Shown here in pieces: positions 47,800 to 58,104 of a stretch of DNA of 64,000 bases (position 1 is the first letter of the stretch; each line of letters begins with the position of its first letter). The stretch is taken from contig NC_091980.1 in the NCBI RefSeq assembly GCF_044704955.1, positions 117,304,001-117,368,000 on the forward strand, in the 5' to 3' direction. A program made the position numbers and the translations under genes. A model generated the notes under the pieces. That model saw only the letters and a program-made list of their open reading frames with translations, searched no databases and had not been told where the DNA came from. The stretch comes from Pristiophorus japonicus (taxonomy: Eukaryota).

Positions 47800-50700
47800 G
47801 CTGGAAATGATCAGGAAACACCAAGACTCGTTTGACGAGAACAAACAGGAGATCCAGGAGCTAATCTGTATGGGTAGAGCTGCGGAACACCAAAGGGCAG
47901 AAAATGCTAGTGGGAGTTGTGTATAGACTACCAAACAGTAGTAGTGAGGTTGGGGGATGGCATCAAACAAAAAATTAGGGATGCGTGCAATAAAAGTACA
48001 GCAGTTATCCTGGGTGACTTTAATCTATATAGATTGGTCTAACCAAACTGGTAGCAATACGATGGAGGAGGATTTCCTGAAGTGTATAAGGGATGGTTAC
48101 CATATGTCGAAGAACCAATGAGAGGACTGGCCATCCTAGACTGGGTAAGGTGTAATGAGAGAGGATTAATTAGCAATCTTGTTGTGCGAAGCCTCTTGGG
48201 GAAGAGTGACCATAAAATGGTAGAATTCTTCATTAAGATGGAGAGTGACACAGTTAATTCAGAGACTAGGGTCCTGAACTTAAAGAAAAGTAACTTCGAT
48301 GATATGAGACGTGAATTGGCTAGGATAGACTGGTGAATGATACTTAAAGGTTTGACGGTGGATAGGCAATGGCAGACATTTAAGGATCACATGGATGAAC
48401 TTCAACAATTGTACATCCCTATCTGGAGTAAAAGAAAATGGGGAAGGTGGCTCAACCATGGCTAACAAGGGAAATAGGGATAGTATTAAATCCAAGGAAG
48501 AGGCATATAAATTGGCCAGAAAAAGCAGCAAACCTGATGACTGAGAGAAATTTAGAATTCAGCAGAGGAGGACAAAGGGTTTAATTAGGAGGGGGAAAAT
48601 AGAGTATGAGAGTAAGCTTGCAGGGAACATAAAAAGTGACTTCAAAACTTCTATAGATATGTGACGAGAAAAAGATTAGTGAAGACAAATGTAGGTCCCT
48701 TGCAGTCAGAAGAAGGTGAATTTATAATGGGGAACAAAGAAATGGCAGACCAATTGAACAAATACTTTGGTTCTGTCTTCACTAAGGAAGACACAAATAA
48801 CCTTCTGGAAATACTAGGGGACCGGGAGTCTAGCGAGAAGGCGGAACTGAAAGAAATCCATATTAGTCAGGAAATTGTATTAGGGAAATTGATGGGATTG
48901 AAGGCCAATAAATCCCCAGGATCTGATAGACTGCATCCCAGAGTACTTAAGGAAGTGGCCCTAGAAATAGTGGATACATTGGTGGTTATTTTCTAACATT
49001 CTATAGACTCTGGATCAGTTCTAATTGATTGGAGAGTAGCTAATGTAACCCCACTTTTTAAAAAAGGAGGGAGAAAGAAAAGAGGGAATTATAGAATAAT
49101 TAGCCTGCCATCAGTAGTGGGGAAAATGTTGGAATCAATTATTAAAGATGTAATAGCAGCGCATTTGGAAAGCACTGACAGGATCGGTCCAAGTCAGCAT
49201 GGATTTATGAAAGGGAAATCATACTTGACAAATCTTCTAAAGTTTTTTGAGGATGTAACTAGTAGAGTGGACAAGGGAGAACCAGTGGATGTGGTTTATT
49301 TGGTCTTTCAAAAGGCTTTTGACAAGGTCCCACACAAGAGATTAGTGTGCAAAATTAAAGCACGTGGTATTGGGGGTAATGTATTGTCGTAGATAGAGAA
49401 CTGGTTGGCAGACAGGAAGCAAAGAGTAGGAATAAACGGGTCCTTTTCAGAATGGCAGGAAGTGACTAGTGGGGTACTGCAAGGTTCAGTGCTGGGACCC
49501 CAGCTATTTACAATATACATTAATGATTTAGACGAAGGAATTGAATGTAATATCTCCAAGTTTGCAGATGGCACTAAGCTGGGTGGCAATGTGAGCTGTG
49601 AGGAGGGTGCTAAGAGGCTGCAGGGTGACTTGGACAGGTTAGGTGAATGGGCAAATGCATGGCAGATGCAGTTTGATGTGGATAAATGTGAGGTTATCCA
49701 CTTTGGTGGCAAAAACAGGAAGGCAGAATATTATCTGAATGGTGACAGATTAGGAAAAGGGGAGGTGCAACGAGACCTGGGTGTCATGGTACATCAGTTA
49801 TTGAAAGTTGGCATGTAGGTACAGCAAGCGGTGAAGAAGGCAAATGGCATGTTGGCCTTCATTTCAAGAGGATTTGAGTATAGGAGCAGGGAGGTCTTAC
49901 TGCAGTTGTACAGGATCTTGGTGAGGCCACACCTTGAATATTGTGTACAGTTTTGGTCTCCTAATCTGAGGAAGGACATTCTTGCTATTGAAGGAGTGCA
50001 ACGAAGGTTCACCAGACTGCTTCCCGGGATGGCAGGACTGACACATGAAGAAAGACTGGATCGGCTAGACTTATATTCACAGGAATTTCGAAGAATGAGA
50101 GGGGACCTCATAGAAACATATAAAATTCTGACGCGATTGGACATGTTAGATGCAGGAAGAATGTTCCCGATGTTGGGGAAGTCCAGAACCAGGAGTCATA
50201 GTCTAAGGATAAGGGGTAAGGCATTTCGAACCAAAATGAGGAGAAACTTCTTCACTCAGAGAATTGTGAAACTGTGGAATTCTCTACCACAGAAAGTTGT
50301 TGAGGCCAGTTCATTAGATATATTCAAAAGGGAGTTAGATGTGGCCCTTACAGCTAAAGGGATCAAGGGGTATGGAGAGAAAGCAGGAATGGGGTACTAA
50401 AGTTGTATGATCAACCATGATCATATTGAATGGTGGTGCAGGCTCGAAGGGCCAATGGCCTACTCCTGCACCTATTTTCTATGTTTCTATGTTTCTAATA
50501 AGCCGCAAGCGCAAGGCATTTCTGAATTTAAAATAGCAACCCAACTCGAGAGCAAGAAAGTAGCTCTGCAGACAGCTGAAGGCCGAGGCCCAACAAAAAA
50601 CCCATGACCTAAAAAACAGATGGTGGATAGAGAAAGCACAGGAGATCCAGCAGTTAGCCGACAACCACAACGTGCATGGATTCTTCAGCGCAGTCAAGAC

Positions 50701-51357
50701 CACCTACTGCCCAAGCATCCAAGGCCCTATCCCACTGCTGGCGAAGAACTGTGAGGTACTCATCAAGGACAGAGAGGCAGTCAGTGCCCGTTGGAAGGAG
50801 CATTTAGAAGATCTCCTTAACCGAGACTTTGTCTTCGATGCAAGTGTCCTCGACTCCATTCTGCAGCATGCTACCCGACACCATCTCAGCACAACCCCAG
50901 CCCGGCACAAGGTAGAAAAGGCCATCCATCAGCTGAGGAATAACAAGGCAACAAGAGCAGATGGAATTCCCGCCGAAGCACTAAAGTATGGCGGAGAAGC
51001 ACTACTGGCACGAATACATGACCTAATTTCTCTTATCTGGAAGGAGGAGAGCATGCCAGGAGATCTCAGAGACATCGTAATCGTGACCACCTTCAAAAAA
51101 GGGGAGAAGTTCGACTGCGTTAACTACAGAGGAATCTCCCTGCTGTCAGCCACAGGGAAAGTCATCGCAAGAATCCTCCTCAATCGTCTTCTCCCTGTGG
51201 CTGAAGAGCTCCTCCCAGAGTCGCAATGTGGATTCCGTCCACTAAGGTGTACAACGGACATGATCTTCATTGTGCGACAACTACAAGAGAAATGCAGGAA
51301 ACAGCACCAACCCTTGTACATGGCCTTCTTTGACCTCACAAAGGCCTTTGACACTGT
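47800..51357 (+). mobile_element. RTE-clade LINE internal fragment, split by a CR1
   Basis: ARWKEHLEDLLNR, NYRGISLLSATGKV, PESQCGFR, AFFDLTKAFDTV; CTAAT duplicated around the CR1. Confidence 0.88.
47866..50497 (+). mobile_element. CR1 LINE, 5'-truncated
   Basis: EN/RT fragments and (TTTCTATG)n tail. Confidence 0.95.
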
Positions 51358-52825
51358 CCTCCTGACTGGGATCTCGCTAGACCGCAGCAGCTTCAGATAG
51401 GTCTGCATCTTTTTTCTCAGAAAGGAGAAACCGGGATTTCTGAGTCAACACTTTAGCAGGAGGCTTTATTTAGAGAAGTAGTTCTTTCCTGACCACGTGG
51501 GGTGTCACTTCCTCAAAAAGGTCAAGGGCGTTCATCAGTCCCACAAGGCTTGAACGCTTCCCTTATGCCTTGGTGATCGAAACTGAACACAGTCATCAGG
51601 GTGTGATCTAAGCAAGGCAGTTTTCGTATGACATCCTGCAACTGATATAAAACTAACGTTGCAATATAATCTGTGATGTATGTAGCACCCAAATCACTGA
51701 CTCCACACGGTCTGGTGCTGTAATAACTGCTGTGACCTTAGTCCTTTATTGTGTAACTCCAGAGTCCCTCTCAGGTGTGGTGGGCAGCCTTTTATACTCT
51801 GTCTTGCAGGTACTTTCAGGTCTCCCACCACAGCGCCCTCTGTGGCGCACCATTGTACTTATACATTTAATGTACCCAGACAATACATAACATCTCACTC
51901 CCCCCCCAGTTCCAAAGCCATTGTCGGTAACCTCGGCCTTTTCGTCCTGGTTGGTTTGTGAGTGTGAGTCCATGACCATCCACTTCCCTCTTCCCCCACC
52001 CCCCCCCATGTAGAGATTATGCTTGCGATCCGGTGCAAGCATGTGATATTTGCAGTCCTTACATGGGTGATGAAGTCACGAGTATAACCTCCAACAGAAA
52101 GCAGGTATACATAGACAGTACATTTGTATGGTACATATAATATGTGGTACAGATGTTATGTCAAAAGGTTGCAGGTGCACTGAACAGTTATTTAATCCCA
52201 GCTCCACTGGGTGAGGTACGGTGGCAGTATACTGCCCCTTTTCGCCTGAGGTAATGGGCTAGGCTGAGACAGGGTATCGCAACTAGTGCGTTGCCTCTGT
52301 TCTCAGTAGTCGCCTTAGCGGCTTATCTGCAGCCGCTGAACCATTGCAAGAATCACATAACATCAAAAATTGCATTGGCCCCTTAGGCATGTTAGTCACG
52401 GATCCATTAACCCTTTTACTTGTACCTCGTGGTATTAACTCTTCTCGTAAATCATTCATATCCATCATTTTAAACACAGTAACCATTCAGCATCAAAATA
52501 TCGACTCGTATCCTAAATCACTTCATCATACAAATCACTTTACACATTTAGACTCGCTCTTGCCTTACAAAAGTCTTTTTGTAGGGACCACCAACGGTGT
52601 AAGGCCCTTTTAAGGCTCCCGGGTGCATTTCCCTTTTAAGATGCCATCTTGTGGTTCCAATGAGGCTTCCCTTGGGCGCCGACATTTTAGTTGTACTGCT
52701 TGCTTTAGTTCTTTGTAGCCACGAGGCTCGCCACCATCTTGAGCTCGCTGGCCTGACGTATTGCTGCAGTTAAGAAGGAATAGAGGGGATAAAGAAGAGA
52801 AAAAAAAAGAAAAACGGCCACGAAC

Positions 52826-53043
52826 ATGACTGATACTGCAGCCGTATGCTGCAGCCGCCGGAACGGCTCCTCCTGCCGTCACCGCTCAAACCCAGGCTCC
52901 CAGCGAGAAGAGGAATGTGATGAATGGCTCCCTGAAGCAGATCAAGGGCACGGGCGCCTCGGGCTCATCCAAACCCCCTCGACGGATCCCCAGGGGAAAA
53001 TGGGAAAGAAGGTGAAGAAGCCAGCAGCCAAGAAATCTCCAGA
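52826..53043 (+). pseudogene. Captured, internally deleted linker histone H1 coding fragment
   Basis: MTDTAA..TAPPAVTAQTQAPS / KRNVMNGSLKQIKGTGASGSSK / GKMGKKVKKPAAKKSP; KGTGASGS is the H1 globular-domain signature. Confidence 0.85.
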
Positions 53044-53594
53044 GTTATATTTCTTGATATCACTGTCACTCAGAATCAGCGCTCCGTTTTTTAATTCTTC
53101 CCATCTGCCCAGTAGGGAGTATTTCAGACTTCTTGTAATTTACGTACTCACGTTTTAGGGGCCTAGCACCGCACATAACAGTTCGTTCTTGTTCTGTTCG
53201 CCATACTGGTAGAGCCGGCTGAGGATGGTGTGGAGCAGCCGCCCTTCGCACTCGCCCTCGCTGGGCCCGCTCTTCGCCCATCGCACAACACACCGCGCCG
53301 GCACCGGCAACTTCCTGGCGTCACAGGCGCACGTCCTACAGCTGGCTGCCTCCGTAGCCTCCTCTGCCGCTGTAGCCCCAGTAACTGCCGCCTCTCCTGC
53401 GGTCGCCGTAGCTGCCACCACTGCCACCTGACTTTTTCTGCGCACGGCACCCCCTCCCCGGTTTGCCGGCCGTCGATGGGTTTGCCATTCAACGCCTGCT
53501 CTTCCAGGGTCTGCTCGTCTGTGTGTGGCTTCTTCCTCCTCCAGCTCGGTCGGCGGTGCTCTTTGGAAACCCGGGGAACGGCGGTCTGTGGAGG

Positions 53595-54817
53595 AATGAA
53601 GTCTTCCCAGCTCCCACGGACCTTCTCCATCCACCTCCTGCCAAGAAGCGTCGGCCCATCGCCTGCAATGACCCACAAAGGTAAACCGTGCATCTCGCCC
53701 CCGTGAGATACCTGCACATCTGCTCTGCCGAGGACAGGAATCAGTTTCTTGGTGTAGGTACGCAGCTTTGCTGTGACCGGGACCAGCTTGGGTCATGCAG
53801 CTGGATTAATCCACAGTTTATCAAAAGTTCTCTGACTCATCAACGACAGACCCGATCCAGTGTCCACTTCCATACTCACTGGGACTCCATTAATCTTGAC
53901 CTCCATAATCACTGGAGCTGAATCGTCGGTGCACATATATAGTCCAAGCACCTCATCTTCTTCTGCCTGCTCCTCGCTGGATGGTGGATCATCTGCCATC
54001 TCCTCAGCCGCACGGTGAGTCAGGTTTCTTTTGCACATACGCTGAAGGTGGCCTTTCGTGTGGCAGGTATTGCACGTATACTCCGCAAGCCTGCACCGGT
54101 AAGCCCATGGCTTCCTCCACAGCGCCAGCATGGTGCTACTCGATTAGCCCCCCTCGGCAGACTCTGAGTTCCAAGACCCCGAGGTCCATGCTCTCTGTCC
54201 TGGGCAGAGCCACGTTCTGCAGCTTTGTCCGTGGTGGGCGCTATCCTGTGAATAGTACCTGCCGGGTTCGAGACCGTGTAGATCATCCGCTTGGTGCTGC
54301 AAGTCGAGGTCATAAATGCCCGGCTGATGGTGATGGCTTGCTTCAGGGTGACTGTAGGTTCATGGGATAGCAGCTTGTGAAGAAGCCCCTCATGGCCAAT
54401 CCCCATAACAAAGACGTCTCGCAAAGCCTCGTCAAGGTGTGTGTCAAAATCACACGGCGCCGCGAGTCTCCTGAGGTCCGCAGCATATTTGGTGACATCC
54501 TGGCCCTCAGGTCTGCAGTGGTGGTATAATTTGTGCTTGGCCGTGAGGATGCTCTCCTTCGGTTTCAGTTGGTCACGAATGAGTGCGATCAGCTCCTCAC
54601 ATGACTTGTCCCTCGCGCTCGCGGGTGCCAGCAAATCCCTGAAGAAACAGTAAACCTCATCACCACAACTGGAAAGTAATATCGCCTTACGCTTCGCTCT
54701 CATTGCATCCGTGTCCACCGTCAGGTCGTTTGCTGTGAAGTAGTACTCAAGCCTTTCCGTAAAGGCCTCCCAATCATTGCCCACCGTAAAATCCTTTAGC
54801 AAGCCCAGAGTAGCCAT
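53595..54817 (-). pseudogene. Gypsy gag and aspartic protease (frameshifted)
   Basis: DWEAFTERLEYYF, CWRCGG and CHTKGH knuckles, EVDTGSG, PTLLGRRW. Confidence 0.9.
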
Positions 54818-55364
54818 GGTTGCATGAAGCTCGTCCGTGTCCTTGTCACCAATGTGATGTATGTAGCACTCAAATCACTGACTCCACACGGTCTGGTGTT
54901 GTAGTAACTGCTGTGACCTTAGTCCTTTATTGTGTAACTCCAGAGTCTCTCTCAGGTGTGGTGGGCAGCCTTTTATACTCTGTCTTGCAGGTACTTTCAG
55001 GTCTCCCACCACAGCGCCCTCTGTGGAGCACCATTGTACTTATACATTTAATGTACCTGGACAATACATAACATAATCTAAAACCATTGTTGCATGTATT
55101 TATCAGATTGTTCTTACATAGCAACTGTTCAAATTCCCTTGTAATAATTGATCTCATTATTCGAGTATAAATTGATGTGTGACTGGTGGATGTGTAGTTG
55201 TCCAGTTTAGATTTCCCCCTTCCTTGTATATAGTTACTATGTTGGCTTGATTCCAATTGTTGAGGCAAAATCATGGGCACATCATCCACATTTTCCAGAT
55301 TCCATTGCCAATAGCCAAGGCTCCAGTCTTCGCCAATTAGGAATAATCAGCCCTTAGAAACCAC

Positions 55365-57476
55365 ATAGATGAACTACAACAATTGTACATTCCTGTCTGG
55401 CGTAAAAATAAAAAAGGGAAGGTGGCTCAACCGTGGCTATCAAGGGAAATCAGGGATAGTATTAAAGCCAAGGAAGTGGCATACAAATTGGCCAGAAATA
55501 GCAGCGAACCCGGGGACTGGGAAAAATTTAGAACTCAACAGAGGAGGACAAAGGGTTTGATTAGGGCAGGGAAAATGGAGTACGAGAAGAAGCTTGCAGG
55601 GAACATTAAGACGGATTGCAAAAGTTTCTATAGATATGTAAAGAGAAAAAGGTTAGTAAAGACAAACGTAGGTCCCCTGCAGTCAGAATCAGGGGAAGTC
55701 ATAACGGGGAACAAAGAAATGGCGGACCAATTGAACAAGTACTTTGGTTCGGTATTCACTAAGGAGGACACAAACAACCTTCCGGATATAAAAGGGGTCG
55801 GAGGGTCTAGTAAGGAGGAGGAACTGAGGGAAATCCTTATTAATCAGGAAATTGTGTTGGGGAAATTGATGGGATTGAAGGCCGATAAATCCCCAGGGCC
55901 TGATGGACTGCATCCCAGAGTACTTAAGGAGGTGGCCTTGGAAATAGCGGATGCATTGACAGTCATTTTCCAACATTCCATTGATTCTGAATCAGTTCCT
56001 ATGGAGTGGAGGGTAGCCAATGTAACCCCACTTTTTAAAATAGGAGGGAGAGAGATAACAGGGAATTATAGACCGGTCAGCCTGACATCGGTAGTGGGTA
56101 AAATGATGGAATCAATTATTAAGGCTGTCATAGCAGTGCATTTGGAAAGAGGTGACATGATAGGTCCAAGTCAGCATGGATTTGTGAAAGGGAAATCATG
56201 CTTGACAAATCTTCTGGAATTTTTTCAGGATGTTTCCAGTAGAGTGGACAAGGGAGAACCAGTTGATGTGGTATATTTAGACTTTCAGAAGGCTTTCGAC
56301 AAGGTCCCACACAAGAGATTAATGTGCAAAGTTAAAGCACATGGGATTGGGGGTAGTGTGCTGACATGGATTGAGAACTGGTTGGCAGACAGGAAGCAAA
56401 GAGTAGGAGTAAATGGGGACTTTTCAGAATGGCAGGCAGTGACTAGTAGGGTACCGCAAGGTTCTGTGCTGGGGCCCCAGCTGTTTACACTGTACATTAA
56501 TGATTTAGACGAGGGGATTAAATGTAGTATCTCCAAATTTGCGGATGACACTAAGTTGGGTGGCAGTTTGAGCTGCGAGGAGGATGCTATGAGGCTGCAG
56601 AGCGACTTGGATAGGTTAGGTGAGTGGGCAAATGCATGGCAGATGAAGTATAATGTGGATAAATGTGTGGTTATCCACTTTGGTGGTAAAAACAGAGAGA
56701 CAGACTATTATCTGAATGGTGACAGATTAGGAAAAGGGGAGGTGCAAAGAGACCTGGGTGTCATGGTACATCAGTCATTGAAGGTTGGCATGCAGGTACA
56801 GCAGGCAGTTAAGAAAGCAAATGGCATGTTGGCCTTCATAGCGAGGGGATTTGAGTACAGGGGCAGGGAGGTGTTGCTACAGTTGTACAGGGCCTTGGTG
56901 AGGCCACACCTGGAGTATTGTGTACAGTTTTGGTCTCCTAACCTGAGGAAGGACATTCTTGCTATTGAGGGAGTGCAGTGAAGGTTCACCAGACTGATTC
57001 CCGGGATGGTGGGACTGACCTATCAAGAAAGACTGGATCAAATGGGCTTGTATTCACTGGAGTTCAGAAGAATGAGAGGGGACCTCATAGAAACGTTTAA
57101 AATTCTGACGGGGTTAGACAGGTTAGATGCAGGAAGAATGTTCCCAATGTTGGGAAGTCCAGAACCAGGGGACACAGTCTAAGGATAAGGGGTAAGCCAT
57201 TTAGGACCGAGATGAGGAGGAATTTCTTCACCCAGAGAGTGGTGAACCTGTGGAATTCTCTACTACAGAAAGTTGTTGAGGCCAATTCACTAAATATATT
57301 CAAAAAGGAGTTAGATGAAGTCCTTACTACTAGAGGGATCAAGGGGTATGGCGAGAAAGCAGGAATGGGGTACTGAAGTTGCATGTTCAGCCATGAACTC
57401 ATTGAATGGTGGTGCAGGCTCGAAGGGCCGAATGGCCTACTCCTGCACCTATTTTCTATGTTTCTATGTTTCTATG
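55365..57476 (+). mobile_element. CR1 LINE, 5'-truncated, well preserved
   Basis: 532-aa open RT ORF 55383..56981; (TTTCTATG)n tail. Confidence 0.96.
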
Positions 57477-57780
57477 AGGCTGGAGTCAGAGGAACAAAGA
57501 GCTTGGGGGAAGTCAACCTTGTAGTGCTGAAGGACGTTACAGAGATAAGGAGAGGGGAGGCCAGAATTAATGGTGATAATAATGTGCATATAATCAAGAC
57601 GGTTTATAAAAAGGCTGTTGTGCCCCACACAATTTTCAAAAATGTGTTATGATTATACCAACAAGTGTTAGAATCAAAATAAGTGTTGGTTCCTGAGGTT
57701 TACACAGTACAAATCATCCCCTCCCTATCGCGAACATTCAAACCAGAAAAAGGTGGCCAGCACTGTCGAACAATCCATAG

Positions 57781-57990
57781 ATAGGCAAGGATATTAACCC
57801 CAGCCAATGGACAGGCATAGATAGCAACCCTAGCCAATAGGCAGGTAAGGAAACCAACCCCAGCCAATAGGGAGGTAAGGATAACAACCCCAGCCAATAG
57901 GCAGATAAGGATAACAACCCCAGCCAATAGGGAGGTAAGGAAACCAACCCCAACCAATAGGGAGGTGGGGAAAGTAACCCCAGCCATATA
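57781..57990 (+). repeat. 30-bp minisatellite, 7 units, CCAAT-containing
   Basis: Unit about GGAGGTAAGGATAACAACCCCAGCCAATAG in exact 30-bp register. Confidence 0.92.
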
Positions 57991-58104
57991 AGCAGTCAGG
58001 AGGCTAATGTGGTCCGGCTATTGAAAGGGACTAAGACACCCACCAGGCAGGTGACCTGCTTGCCCCCACAGCTTCCCACTTGGGTGTTAAACTTCACCCT
58101 TAAG

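Larger units (their letters stand above)
51672..55073 (-). mobile_element. Non-autonomous Gypsy LTR element (gag + protease only)
   Basis: 221-bp LTRs 54853-55073 (5') and 51672-51892 (3') with 7 mismatches by my count; TSD TAATC; PBS TGGTGACAAGG; PPT GGGGGGGGAGTGAG. Confidence 0.95.
47500..55353. mobile_element. Probable Harbinger-type element hosting RTE, CR1 and Gypsy insertions
   Basis: Imperfect TIR AGGTTGGAATTTCC / GGAATAATCAGCCC, flanks ATA/TTA. Confidence 0.5.

Noticed and set aside
57700-57987. Hydrophobic repetitive minus-strand ORFs (LLAGVGFLTS / PYWLGLLSL)
   Set aside because: Simple translation of the 30-bp minisatellite; no splice or start context
57781-57990. Regularly spaced repeats as a CRISPR-like array
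   Set aside because: Head-to-tail tandem units without unique spacers, eukaryotic context, no cas genes
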